Source: Heteronotia binoei | Taxonomy: Eukaryota | Length of the DNA: 64,000 nt | Reading direction: 5' to 3' | Assembly (NCBI RefSeq): GCF_032191835.1 | Contig: NC_083233.1 | Location: forward strand, 49,290,001 to 49,354,000 | In this document: piece by piece, positions 23,601 through 45,635 of the stretch | How positions within the stretch are numbered: the stretch's first letter is position 1 | Layout: the number at the start of each line of letters is the position of its first letter | Made by a program: the position numbers and the translations under genes | Notes under the pieces: generated by a model | Databases searched by the model: none | What the model was told of the DNA's origin: nothing | What the model saw: the letters and a program-made list of their open reading frames with translations, nothing else

Positions 23601-26600
23601 CTAAGGTAGCTTCCCAAACAGGGGCAGAAACTCGGGAAGAACAAGGCACATCTGTTAGGAACTGGAGCACATCAAGTGTTCAAAGGTGAACAAATCAGCA
23701 TGGGGAGTAGACAGCATGAATTACTAGTGAAGGCATATGGTGGTGCAGGCAGACTGGCAAACTACATAGGAGTGCTCCATTTAAATTTTTAAAAAATTAA
23801 TTGAAGAATTGTTAAAATTTAAAAAGACAAAAGAAAGACAAAAATGTAAAGGGGGGGGGGGAGAAAAAGTAATATAAAAGGAAATTTTCAATTTTCTTCA
23901 GGACATAAATTGGTATAATTACAGAATTCACAATTATATTGTTGTCAGAATAAACTTATAATTTTCTTATCATCTTTTCCCCCTTAGTCTTCAAAAGAGA
24001 GGAGAGCTCCATTCTGAAACCATAGTGCACATACAGTATGGGTGGGGGGAGGATACCAGCTACATAGAGACTGAAGATTAGTGGTACAGTATCTGTGAAA
24101 AGTCTTAGGTTCAGTTCCTTAAGAAGAGCTCAGCAGAGTCAGCACCACATGAGATCTCCACTGAGCCCCCGGACAGCTGTTATCAATCCAAGTAGACAAC
24201 ACAGAGTTAGGAGGACCAACAAACTGTCCTGAGGAGGCAGCTTCATGTATGTTCAACCTTCAAGCCGAAAGATGCATATGGGATCTGAATCTGCTTTGTT
24301 ATTTCTTTCAAGATCACAAAACTCAAAATCTACAATAATCCATTTGCAAAAGGCTTCCGAGAACATGGGAGGAACACACGCAGGTAACAGGCCTCTCTAG
24401 GTGCCTTCCAGAACATGCAACCACACTGTTGTGCAGCTCCTGTTTGTCCCATTGGAGATTCTCCATAGGTCTCTGCCAACACCCTTCATGGTGGTAATAT
24501 ATTCCCTCCCATTTGCCTCTTGCTGGGCCCCTGCGGGGGAGTCTTGCCTGCTGTATTTCAGGGTCTAGAATGCCCATTCACTGGTTGCCATAGGGCAGAT
24601 TTTCCTACTCACTTCCCTGTATAACTATATTGTGGGCAGCAATAAGGGGAAAATAACTCCTGGGGGAAAGATGCCCAGCCCTATGTAGCTTGGCCTTTGT
24701 CCTGGATTGGTTCCCTTTGCCTTTACACTATCAGGGCTTCGGAGGTCCACAATCCAGGCCTAAGCCTTGCCAGACTTCTAGTGTTTGGTGCTTTTTCCTC
24801 AGGGAGGGGCGAAGCCAGAAGAACAGTCCAACCAAAGGTCAGAAGAGAGCACTGATGGAAGAACCCAAACCTGATGCAGAACTGGGTAATATTATCAAAG
24901 CAACAAACCAGAAAGGCATTGGGTAGATATGCCTGAAAGAAACCTGTCCATCATCCCATCTGCCATGGCTTCTGGCCTCAACCATCAGATGTAATGGAAC
25001 CTAGTTTATAACCAATTTGTTGGTGCTGTTTGTTTTGCCCCATCCTGCACTGGTCTGGCCCCATTAAGCACTGGATGCATGATGGGGTGGAGGGTGGGGA
25101 GAAGATGGATGTGATATTTTTCTTACTCATATACCCCTCACCATTCTGCACCAATCAAGCAATTTATATACTGTCAATTCCTATTCCCATGCTCAGTCCC
25201 TGCAGATAAATTATTTCATTCACAAATGAGTGTGCATTGTAAGTGTGTGTCTGCTAACACAGATGAACACTGTAATATTTCTCAATTTTGTAAAAACTCC
25301 AGAGTCATGTTTTTGCGCCCATTCTGCATCTGTAAATCTAGCCAGGAACAAGATAGGGACCTCCAAGGGCTGCTCCGTGAAATCAACACCAGTAGCAAGA
25401 GTCAGAGCAAGAGATGCTTCTGGGGTGGGAGAAGCCAAGAAGGCCAGTCTAAGCGGCAGTGAGTGACCTTCAGAGCCCCAGCTAGTCCCTGCCCACTGAT
25501 GGAGTAATCAGATTTTCTCTCCATAACCTATTTGTGAATTCACAATGAAAGTCACCCCAAGTTTCTTTACATTACCGAAGTGATTTTACAGTGTTTCTAG
25601 TTGCCAAGGTAATCCAAATTCACATTGAAGAAAATCTGGATTAGGAATCCTGTGCTTATTTTGTTCAGTATGTTGCATGATTAATTCTGGGTTTGTTGTT
25701 CAGTGTGCATGTGCACCCCAGGATCTGTGCAGACTGTCTTAAGATACACCCCCATCTCCTTGAAATTTAATTCAGTTCCTTCCTACCCCCATCAATTTCT
25801 TTCAACAGGCACAACCTGCAATATTTCCAAATATATCTTTGTGGCTGTAAGAGCTAGGGCATTGTTGTGGGACATAGTACGGAAAGTGGGGTGAGAAAAG
25901 TGAATGTGGAGGAGGCACAAGTTGCTGCCATCTTTGTCCCCAAGTGATTCTTGTTTTTCTGCACTTCTGTGGAACCCCAGTGCTCTGGGAGGGTCAGTCA
26001 AGGGGGATGCTTTCAGGGAAAGCAGCAGAAACATGTTTCTGGGGGTCTTCTTTGCTAGATGAAACTCACTGTGGGAAAGGCAGGATATATTTTATTAATA
26101 AACAGTGTAGGACTCTGCAGCTGTCGCTGCAAGCAGACTGCTTTCCTTTCTCTCCTACTGTCCTCACTCTTTGTCATCTTCTCTGCCAGACTTAGAGAGG
26201 AATGAAAACATAGCAGTGAAGGAAGAGAGCCATGTCATGTCAGTTAGCAGCAACTGCCCCTTCTGGCTCTCAGAGCAAAGCATCACCCACACCATCCCTA
26301 CAGAATCTTCAGAGCCAGGGGAGCACACAGAACCACCTGTCCAAGAACAGCATGTGCCAACACCACTTTCATCCTCCCAAGCATACAGGTACGAATCAGC
26401 AGGACACTTTTGGCTGGGGGCGGGCAGGGGGAGAGGAGATGTTGATGGAATCACCACAATGGTAGAATTACAAGGATTTGGCAGCCTACTTTACAGATAC
26501 TGATTAAAAAAAAAAAACTTCTCATAGCATGTTTGAAGAAATATTGAGCAGAGACCCACAAACTGCCTTACTTCTGTGACTCCTGAGCTAGTGAAAGGGC

Positions 26601-28956
26601 ACTCATTTTCTATCTACAAGCCCCCCCACCTGCTTTCCTGCCTCTTTCCTTCACACCCCCAACTTGCTAAATTAACTTCACCCAACTTAACCACATGTCA
26701 CCCTTCCAGCTGACATGTTATTTCTGCCACGATCAACCTGTTCTCTAGTATTCAATACAATGTAGTACTGCCCCCAATCTCAAAAGGCCATCCTCCCCTC
26801 TTCCTTTGCCATCAATGTCCTACAGCTGTATTAACCTTTTCTCTAACTCCTCTCTTAACAATGTGACTTCCACCCTATGCACTCCCCTGAAACTCCCTCC
26901 AACAAATTCACTGACAATATCCTTACTACCAAACCCACACATCCACCCTTTCCTCATCCTTTACCAACTCCTGACTTACTCTGTGAACACTATGTGGCTG
27001 TGACTGTCCTTAGGTGGCCCTTTTTAACTTACTCCCTGCTTGTACAGGGGGAAACCTTCCCTCTGCTTTCTGCAGGTGTTCCCAAGAGCTCTCTCCTTGC
27101 TGCTTTTCTGTTCTCTCTATACACTGTCCCTGAGTCACCTCATCACATCCCAGGGATTCTAGTGCCCCCTGTCTGCTGTCACATAGCATTCTCCATCTCT
27201 ACATTTGAACTTTCTCCCTCCCTTCTGTCCCACACCTCCAGTTGCCTGTCTGCTATTCCTGCTTGGATGTCTCATTTCTGGTTGAAACTCCACATGTCCT
27301 AGCTTTCCTCTCCTTAATATCCATGGACAACATCCCATCCACCCTTTCAACAGACTGGAACACTTGGCTTGATCTTTGACTTTTCAGTTTAATGTACTGT
27401 CCTTATTCAGCTCATAACCAAGTGATGTACTTCTGTCTTTCAAACATGGCAAGATGTGGCCATCCCTTAACACTCCCCTGGGTGAAAATTCTGGCCATTT
27501 CTAATCCCAGGGCTTTTTTTGTAGCAGGAACTCCTTTGCATATTGGGCCACACACCCCTGATGTAGCCAATCCTCCAAGATCTTACAGGGTTCTTAGTAC
27601 AGGACCTACTGTAATCTCTAGGAGGATTGGCTACATCAGGGGTGTGTGGCCTAATATGCAAAGGAATTCCTGCTACAAAAAAATCTGTCTAGTCCTGTTA
27701 CAACTTCTTCCCTACTGGTCTTCAAATGTTGTTCCTCAGCCACTTTGCTGTTATCCAACACTCTGCTGCCCAAATCTCCCTTCTGGCCATTCAGCATCCC
27801 TTCTTAAATCCCTGTAATGGCCTCTTGTCCACTCCCACTTCCAGCACAACCCCCCCCCTTCAAAGTCCTCCATGACTCTTCCATCTCACATCCTGCTACA
27901 TCTCTGTGATATTTGCTCCTCCATCCCCAGCTCTCCACAAGTCTCCCACTCCCTCCAATGATTCTATTTAAGCTTCAAATAGCCCCTCACCCAAATACCT
28001 ATGTGATACTGCCTTGCCCAGTTCTCTCTAATCCCTCTTAAAAGCAGTATTTTCTGTTAAGTTTTTGACACATCCCTGTTTTCCAACCTTGTCTTCTGCA
28101 TCATGCACAGAGGGTATTGTATATACAAGTATTAATCATCATCATCATCATGACAGATCTTTCCTGCTAAGAGCAAACAAGAAGCTTGGGCTGATAGTGG
28201 AGGAATGTTGAGAACCCAGAGATGGTAGGAGACATCAGTGAGTGGTTGAAACAAGGGCCAATGGAGACGGGATTAAGGCTAGAGAGCAAAAGCCACAGTC
28301 CTATTTGGAAACTTCACTAGGACATTGCTGATCTGGCAATCCAGGGTACTGAACAGTTGTGGTATTTTGAAGGACAGACATAGGAAGTTACCCATGTCTC
28401 TTATTGCCTTGTTCCAAGCAGAGGCACTTGGCCCTATAATTTCCTGCCTCAAGGACCTCATTTGTTTTATCTCTGGATTGTTAAACTCCTATCTTTATCC
28501 CATCTCCCTTCCCCTCTTCTATTTAGGTCTCATGAGACAGGTGATAGTCCACTGCCAGCCCCTCTCCAGGACATCCTTCCTATAAATGAGTTTCGGGCCA
28601 GACCTCACACCTTGGACTTAGCCATGGTTCCTGAGCAGGATGCCAAACAACTTTCAGAAGGTTTCACCAATCTGCCACCACTTCCCATCCCTTTCCCATC
28701 TCCGCAAGATTATTCTGGGATGGCTGGTACGGCAGTAGATCCTGCTGGGAAACCAGGACTCCGAAGGCCTATATACAGTCCCTATGCTGCTGATCAAAAC
28801 CTCAGCCAGTGGATGGTTCCTCCATCAGCCCAATATAGGGCTGTAACCTATTCTGCATTTTCCACAGACTACAGTACCCAGGCTGCCTCAGGACCTGCCC
28901 ATGGCAGCATGGCAGAGTGGGGCCAGTATTCTTTGTTCCCTTATGCCTGCTGGTAA
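11586..28956 (+). CDS. TBX6L: T-box transcription factor of the Tbx16/VegT (TBX6L, spadetail) class, 9 coding exons, 441 aa: 11586-11601, 16512-16623, 19156-19258, 19457-19621, 22029-22175, 24313-24383, 24803-24885, 26190-26388, 28527-28956
   Basis: All introns are GT-AG, phases match, and the total is 1326 nt. T-box reads [28 protein letters not shown]...[15 protein letters not shown]...[23 protein letters not shown] and the C-terminus [12 protein letters not shown] are VegT/Tbx16-like. Exon 1 is less certain than exons 2-9. Confidence 0.92.
12189..12383 (+). mobile_element. AGCTCAC-repeat hAT-like MITE
   Basis: ctgtattccctctaag ... agagggaacattg; repeated agctcac units. Confidence 0.8.
14117..14314 (-). 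mobile_element. TAGGGTTGCCA-family MITE with perfect 8-bp TSD
   Basis: TSD tttaaggc at 14109-14116 and 14315-14322. Confidence 0.9.
14705..14960 (+). mobile_element. Sauria-type SINE, degenerate
   Basis: gagccagggtggggtagtggttagagtgtcagactagg...; tail aaagaaaggcaggatacaaatgaagtaaataa. Confidence 0.6.
15543..15763 (-). mobile_element. TAGGGTTGCCA-family MITE with perfect 8-bp TSD
   Basis: TSD gtggaaac at 15535-15542 and 15764-15771. Confidence 0.9.
16512..16623 (+). CDS. TBX6L: T-box gene exon 2
   Basis: ttcttcttcag|CC ATGAAC...; [37 protein letters not shown]; donor gtgagc. Confidence 0.95.
17860..18232 (+). mobile_element. L2-type LINE 3' end running into the assembly gap
   Basis: [40 protein letters not shown] followed by an AT-rich tail and tgtaagccgccctgagcc. 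Confidence 0.75.
18233..18380. other. Assembly gap (148 N)
   Basis: Run of n. Confidence 1.
18392..18562 (+). mobile_element. 5S rRNA-derived SINE
   Basis: gcccagtctcatcagacctcaaaagctaagtggggctggccatggctagtattgggatggga resembles the 5S internal promoter region; related copy on - at ~38570-38775. Confidence 0.6.
18563..18730 (+). mobile_element. CR1-type 3' fragment (agaacataaga type)
   Basis: agaacataagagaagccatgttggatcaggccaatggcccatccagtccaac; related copy at 23172-23480. Confidence 0.6.
18757..18792. repeat. (CCA)n microsatellite
   Basis: About 12 cac/cca units. Confidence 0.95.
19156..19258 (+). CDS. TBX6L: T-box gene exon 3
   Basis: [34 protein letters not shown]; tgcag / gtaaat. Confidence 0.96.
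19457..19621 (+). CDS. TBX6L: T-box gene exon 4
   Basis: [55 protein letters not shown]; tttcag / gtaagc. Confidence 0.96.
22029..22175 (+). CDS. TBX6L: T-box gene exon 5
   Basis: [49 protein letters not shown]; ttccag / gtctgt. Confidence 0.95.
22275..22410 (+). mobile_element. tRNA-derived SINE, 3'-truncated
   Basis: ggggctgtggctcagtggtaaagc (box A) ... ggttcagtccc (box B), then a body shared with 58237-58430. Confidence 0.8.
23172..23480 (+). mobile_element. CR1-type fragment nested in a tRNA-SINE (23075-23170 and 23490-23565)
   Basis: agaacataagaacagccctgctggatcagatc...; the SINE head precedes it and the SINE tail follows. Confidence 0.6.
24313..24383 (+). CDS. TBX6L: T-box gene exon 6 (not in the ORF track)
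   Basis: [24 protein letters not shown]; tttcaag acceptor, gtaaca donor. Confidence 0.93.
24803..24885 (+). CDS. TBX6L: T-box gene exon 7
   Basis: [27 protein letters not shown]; tttttcctcag / gtaata; phase 2 in, phase 1 out. Confidence 0.88.
26190..26388 (+). CDS. TBX6L: T-box gene exon 8
   Basis: [15 protein letters not shown]...SSSQAYR; ctgccag / gtacga; phase 1 in, phase 2 out. Confidence 0.88.
27508..27687. mobile_element. Palindromic CAGGGCTTTTT-TIR hAT MITE
   Basis: Self-complementary body; TSD tctaatcc / tctagtcc. Confidence 0.85.
28527..28956 (+). CDS. TBX6L: T-box gene terminal exon 9 (transactivation region)
   Basis: atttag|G SHETGDSP...[16 protein letters not shown]...[14 protein letters not shown]. 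Confidence 0.92.
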
Positions 28957-29142
28957 AGGGGTGAGGAGGCAAGTTCACAGTGGAAGAAATGTCAAGGACC
29001 CAATGATGGCAACCATCCTGGAACCTGCCATAGACCATCTGTAGAAGTGTTGCAGTTTGCTTAAACTTTCTGCATCAGCTCCATCCCAAACACCGGCAGG
29101 TGTCAATCTGGAACTTATGCTAGCCCAAATAGTTCAGCTCTC

Positions 29143-29148
29143 AATAAA
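29143..29148 (+). terminator. Candidate polyadenylation signal of the T-box gene
   Basis: First AATAAA after the stop, followed by a T-rich stretch at ~29170. Confidence 0.5.
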
Positions 29149-30641
29149 ATGACACAATGTTGCAGAGCTCTTTTTCTTGGTTTTTGCAATATAACAATGC
29201 CAAAGGCAAGTTCCTTTTGCTTGTTACAAAAGAGGGACTCTTTTATGCTGCTTTCTTCCTCCCTGTATTTTCTATTCTCTTTATATATAACCAAATCAAG
29301 GCAGTCTAAATTGGGAGATTCTGCATGACATTTGGGGACTGCTATTCTGCAGAAATAAGATCATGTTCAGTCCCATGTCTTTTGCTGCATACTTCAGTGA
29401 CTTGTAAGAAACCTGGTGTGTCAGACTTTCATGAGAGATTATGACAGGAGCAAAACTCTGAATCACCTGCTACTGCTCATGAAATTAAGAGGGTACTTAC
29501 ACTTTCCTTTTTTCTCACACAAATCCCCAGCAATGGATGAACACTGGGGTGGACTGAATTAGAAAATTTTGAGAATCAATACAGCGTATCAGTCAAGGAT
29601 CAGGAAAACCCACATTCAGATCCCCACTCTACCACAGAAACTTTCAGGGTACCCTTGGGCCAGTCATACACTCAGCCTAACCTACCTCATAGGATTATTG
29701 TGATAATAAAATGGAAGTAAGGTGAATGACATAAGCTGCTTTGGGCCCCATTCAGGAGAAAGGCAAGCTATAAATGAAATAAAATAGGAAAATCTGTAAT
29801 TGATATGAAATGTTCAGACTCATTTCAAAAGAAGTGAAGAACTGACATGATCTGGAAAAAAAATACAATGCGGGTATTGCAGTAGTCAGCTTTACCTTTA
29901 GAAATAAGGAACTTTAGCTCTGTAAAAAGTACATATTATTTTAAACAGTTTTAAGCAAAGCAGCAGCCCCACACTCTGAGCAACATTCTGTCAAAGCACT
30001 GCCCCAAACCCTTCAGCTCTCATAATCAGTCTAGGAAGAGGGGAAAGAGCTGCGTCACCCACTATGGCAAACTGGAACGCTTTGTGTACTACAGATGCAG
30101 TCTCCTCATTACTCTGCAGCAACAAAATCATGAGTAATCTTCGTTGCTTTTACATTCCTTTATGACATTGTGCTTCTTATGTTCTACACCTCTTTTCGTG
30201 TTCTTACTAATCCTTGCCACAGCACTCGGCAGCAGAAAAGTAGACCCAGCAATACAAATAGGAATCTATCTGTTCCTTTAACTGCCCACATCAGAGACCA
30301 GCTCTTTCCCGTTGCTCCCCTTTTTACAGCCTTGACTGCAACACTTTGTACAGCCTATCGAGCCAACAAGCATGTCTAGGCTTCACTAGATTATTATGAT
30401 CCCACCCTCTCTCTGAAAACTCAGGGTGTTTGTATGTTATACTTCCCCATAAGACTTGCCCCAAGTCATCAGGCAGGTTTCATGCCAGAGTGGTAATTTG
30501 AACCTGGGGCTCGCTGGTTCACAACATCTCCAGTGGATGGATTTCAAGGAAGAGCAGGATTCCTGTTGCCACAACAAGTCTTCAGCATAAGAAGAAAGTG
30601 AGCACTAAGGAAGACAAATGCTGCTGCAAGGTGATGTATGT

Positions 30642-30647
30642 TTTATT
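30642..30647 (-). terminator. Candidate CRKL polyadenylation signal (about 2.9-kb 3' UTR)
   Basis: tttatt on + equals AATAAA on -; the segment from here to the stop lacks recognisable repeats. Confidence 0.4.
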
Positions 30648-33540
30648 GAGAATATACAAACTGGGCACTGAACACTGGCTTGATGACAGGACCGACAGCA
30701 AAGTAAATTAAGACAATGAAAAGGCACTAATCTTAAGAAAGACACTTCATGTGTTCTAAGAATATAGTTAATACTGTTAAATTTTGTAGCACAAGAAAAA
30801 ATCCAAAAATAACTCGCTATGATGATCCCCCAAATAAGACAAAGAATAATACGTTATTGCCTGAAATTCAAATGATACCTCAGTTACATAAAACTGCACA
30901 GTAATGACTGTCTTAAGTACAAGGCCACATTTCCCTCTGTAAAAATGAACACATTTACTAGTTCTGGACATGCTTGTATTTAGTAACACAAAGTAGGAAA
31001 ACAAGACAATTTTGACAGCTAGTCAGAACCTTCTACTGGTCCCACGAAGGAGGCCTGCAGTTGTGTGTCCTGTTTTACTGGAGATGCTGAAGAACCCTAC
31101 TACAAACAAATGGGAAGGACAGTCTACTCAGTCCCAGAATGTTAATTACACAATACAAAAAAATTATTGCAGGCACATGAAATGGCACAGAGAATGCTTT
31201 CTATCCCTTTACAAAAATAGGGGCTGGCCCCTCCAAAACCCCCACCCAAAACAGGATATTCCCTTTTATGTACTCCTGCCTGATTTGTAAACAATCCTGA
31301 TTTCCCAGCGGCAGCAGTTCCCACTCCCCTCTTGCTTAGAGGCACCAAATGGTGCAACAGGAGTGGCAAACTTTCCAAAGGCTCTTTCTTGGACAGCAAA
31401 TTTAAGCCAATTACCAATTTGAAACCAATCTTACATATGCTTACTAGGGAGCAAGTCTCACTGATCTCAATGAGACCTGTTTCTGAGTAAACATACTAAG
31501 GACTGCACTACCAAGGCTTTTAACACCCATGTAATAATGCATAGACTGAAGAGCTCTCAGGATTACCTCTGAGACACAGCACAGGTATATGCAAGGATAG
31601 CCTTAATCCCATCCTCGGTAACCCTACAAACCAGAGCAATTGCAGCATTTATTTTTAAAAGTAAAACAGTGAAGGAAACAGTGATGTCAATTTTTGCCAG
31701 TGATCAACTTAGTGCGCTTCTCTTAAGCATCACTGATTAGCCCTGAAGCAGGCCACTCCCACATACGCTTCAGATGGATCTGAAGCTCAACCTGTGAAAA
31801 CCGCTGGGAGCACCTGGCAACTCTGGCTTGTGATCTTGGGAGTGGCTCAACACTCGCTTGCATAGATGCCTTTTTTTTTTTTTTTGCAATCCTAAAATGG
31901 GTTTAGCAGAGGATTCTGGATCAAGTATCTATATGGCCAAACTAAAGAAGCATGTTTGGAAAGCACCAGGAGAGCAAGTGGGCAAGCTGAAAGCATCCAC
32001 AGTGTTTTCAAAGAGGGTCACACAGTATTGCCAAGGTGAGTGTTGGGGCCAGCTGTGTAGCAGGATTATCTTATGGCAGACTGATTTTTAGTGCAGCTTA
32101 AATATTCATAATGCAAAGCTCAGTAGTACTATTCTGCAGTAACAAGACAAATAAACAAGAACACACCTGGGAGTTCTAGTGAATACCTGCAGAACTTTCC
32201 ATTATAGAACAGAGGGTCTCTACCCCTAAGGCGGAAACACTTTCTGGAGCATTGAGGCTAGTCTAATTCACAGTACATTTGTTTGGCAGTAAAACTGCTC
32301 TCTCCTTTGCTGAGAAAGCTTTCTCTAGACCAGTAGCCAGTTGAAAAAGTCAACGAACTGAAACACTTTTGAGACTGAATATGTTCAGTTCTGAATTCTT
32401 TGCAGAAACTGCACGCCATCAGCGCCTTTCATCCTCAAATTAAGGCACTTTAACACTGTTGAACCTGGGCTCCACAAGTCCAAAATTCTTAAAAGATTTA
32501 AAAATTAGCATTTAGGGAGTCGATTTCTCAACTGCCAATTCCACTTTCTGCATTTTCTATTCCTGGTTACAATGTTTAAAACCTAAAGCAAAAAAGCTAC
32601 AGTTTAGTTAACACAGCAGGGCACAGAAGAGTTAAAATGTCCAAATGATACCTTTTAATTTATATCTGTATTCTTGATTAGTGATTATCAATGCTTGGTG
32701 AGGAGTTTTGTTTTTTGTTTTTAAAGAGGCAGAAAGTGCCATTTCACTCAAGCTTGTGTGTATGGTGAGAATTAATGTGTTCTAAGATCATATTTAAAAG
32801 TCTAGGGACCATTTAAAAGTTATTATAAACAACTGTCCTCAATGATTTCGCAAACAATCCCTCGATGCAAGTTTAAATGCTGGATTTTAGGCAGGGATGT
32901 GACAAACTGACACGTCTGCTGTCACACTTATAAATAAAAGCCTCTACTGTGGTGCAATACTTTAAAATGATGCTTTGCTGTCATCCCAAAGTTGTTTCTA
33001 GGTCAATGACAAACTCATAAAAAAGTGTCGTTAACACAAACTCCAATTATATAGCCTAGAGATTATTATTCCAAATGCATTGCTGCTTTAAACAGTTTAT
33101 TCTCTCTAAAATAAAGTCTTTCCTCCTCCAGAGGGAAAAATAAAACTGGATTTTTGTTGTCTTTGCTCCATTGTTGATAGAGATGCTTAGAATTTGCCTT
33201 CAGAGCAGAATGTTGTTTGTGGTTGCCTTGGCAGCAATTGCTGACGTTTTGCCCCCAGCTGTTCTGCTGGGGAGACACAACATATCTTCTGCAGCTTAAG
33301 GTCCAAAATTCTTCTAGGAGTGACTAAATTTTGAATGATGCAACTGTCCATATGAGCACCAATAAGCAACTTCAGCTGTGTGCATTCCAAACAAACGACA
33401 GGGCTGTCAAATCATAACAACTGGGAAATAGGCAACTGGCTATGCTTACCACACACCATTAACAGTCATCATCCCACTTCAAACGATGCTCGTGATAGCC
33501 AGAAAAATGAAGCAGCAATGCAGAAATGGGCCAATGTGAA

Positions 33541-43620
<10,080 letters not shown>

Positions 43621-44117
43621 GGATGGTACGCAGCTACCCTTTCAAGACGAGTAGCTGTGTGTCTGTAGCAGCAGAGAAGAATCCAGCAGCACCTTAAAGA
43701 CTAACAAAAAATTGAGGTAGGGTATGAACTTCACTTCAGATACCAGAAGAAAAATCTTTATTCGAGTTATACTGGCATCAGAGGGTTTCTCCAAAGGAAA
43801 AATCACTAGGTAACGTTATTCTACCTCCCCCCTCCCCTCCTTTTTCAAGATTGTTCTCCATTCTTTGTGCTATCACTGATAGTCATGAAGCCTATTAGGC
43901 TTTGTTGTGCCTTAGTACCTCAGAATGAACAGCGGCAGTAAATGGGTTAGAGCCTCTGTGGCTGCAACAGGTCACCATGTTTACTTAGAAATATGACCTG
44001 TTGTGAGCTTCTTTTCATAAGTTTTCCCAACTGTATCAGAGAGGTACTTAAGTGATAGTACATATAATTACAGCCCAGTAGTTCTGTTTGTATGTCTCAG
44101 TTGTTGCCTGTGTAAGG

Positions 44118-45635
44118 CAGGGGTGTCAAACTCATTTGTTATGAGGGCCAGATTTGACATAAATGAGACCATGTTGGCCCGGGCCATGTGTGTCATAAAA
44201 TGTAATGCCAGGTAGCAGACATATAAACTGTATAAAGGGGGTGCAGACAAACACAACTTTTTAAACTTAAAACATTAGCACTCTTGCACTATTTTGTTTT
44301 ACAATCTGATAAATGTCATCTCTTGCTATGAATATTGCATCAAAAATGGCAGACAATGTACTGTACCAATCTTGAATATGCTGTATGCACATCTATAAAT
44401 TGGAAACCTACTTTTGATTTATTGACATTCATTACAAAGATCTCATAGTCAATGCTTTGAGCCTCAGACCCAGAGGAAAACATGAAGCAGCTGGGCATTG
44501 TGAGCTTTTGTACATAAATTGCTTCATATGCTGGTCAAGATTATGTGAAAAATAACAACTCCTGTGTGGCAGTACAAGAACAGAGACAGCCATGTACAAT
44601 GATTAGTATCAGCTTACTATTGGGAAGTCTAAATTCAAGATCCCCAATCAAAGAAAAATGTGAAAGAAAAAGCAATGGAAATTTCCTGTGTAAACCTGGA
44701 CTAGACACACACACACACTCAGCCTAATGCTAGCTTTATTTCTCTTCTAAATAGTTCACATACTTACCCATTGAGAAAGACTGGAGGGCATGAATACAAT
44801 GAAAAAAAGGAGGGGAACCCAGCTGCACCCATAACAAGCCCAACAAATCTCCCTCCCTCTTTCTCTCTCTGTAGCAAGGCAAAAAGCTCATACCTTCAAT
44901 AAAACATTGCTAGTCTTAAAAGTGCTGTTTGTATTTTTTCTGATGACGAAGAAAAAGATATTGGATTTATATCCTGCCCTCCACTCCAAAGAGTCTCAGA
45001 GCGGCTCACACTCTCCTTTACCTTCCTCCCCCACAACAGACACCCTGTGAGGTGGGTGGGGCTGGAGAGGACTCTCACAGCAGCTGCCCTTTCAAGGACA
45101 ACCTCTGCCAGAACTATGGCTGACCCAAGGCCATTCCAGCAGCTGCAAGTGGAGGAATGGGGGAATCAAACCCGGTGCTCCCAGATAAGAGTCCACACAT
45201 TTAACCACTACACCAAACTGGCTCTCCGATGGTGAGGACTGGGCAAAGGAAGCTGGAGCTCTTTCCTTCCTTCCCCCAGGGCACAAGGAGAGGGAGGAGC
45301 CTCAGCCAGGAAGGAAGAGAGACTGGGCTCAGTAGCTCTGCAGGGTGATTAGTTGAGTCTGGCAAACAATCACACAGCAGAGCCATAGAGCCAGGCTCTT
45401 TCATTGGCTATGGCTCCTCTCTCCTCTTCCCCTTTGAGAAAAGGGAGGGGGGAGAGAGAAGGAGCAAATAAAGGCTGCTTTGCTGGTAAGCTGATCGCTG
45501 GGGAGAAATACAAAATGGCGACTGAACACAGCAGGGAAGTGAGAATGAAGCAGACAACAGCCAGTTGCTGGAGGGTCTGATTGGAACCCTCTGTGGGCTG
45601 CATCTGGCCAGTGGGTCGCAAGTTTGACACCCCTG
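44118..45635. mobile_element. 1.5-kb non-autonomous hAT element with perfect TIR and TSD
   Basis: TIR caggggtgtcaaac / gtttgacacccctg; TSD gtgtaagg at 44110-44117 and 45636-45643. Confidence 0.92.
44950..45227 (-). mobile_element. Sauria-type SINE nested in the hAT element
   Basis: Reverse complement reads gagagccagtttggtgtagtggttaa...cagccccacccacctcacagggtgtctgttgtgggg. Confidence 0.8.

Noticed and set aside
25320-25450. Extra T-box exon in ORFs 25226-25466
   Set aside because: Exons 24803-24885 and 26190-26388 already join in phase, and there is no VegT-like similarity.
26800-28100. Pyrimidine-rich intron 8 stretch as a hidden exon
   Set aside because: Low-complexity, L2-like decayed sequence with a MITE inside and no consistent splice phase.
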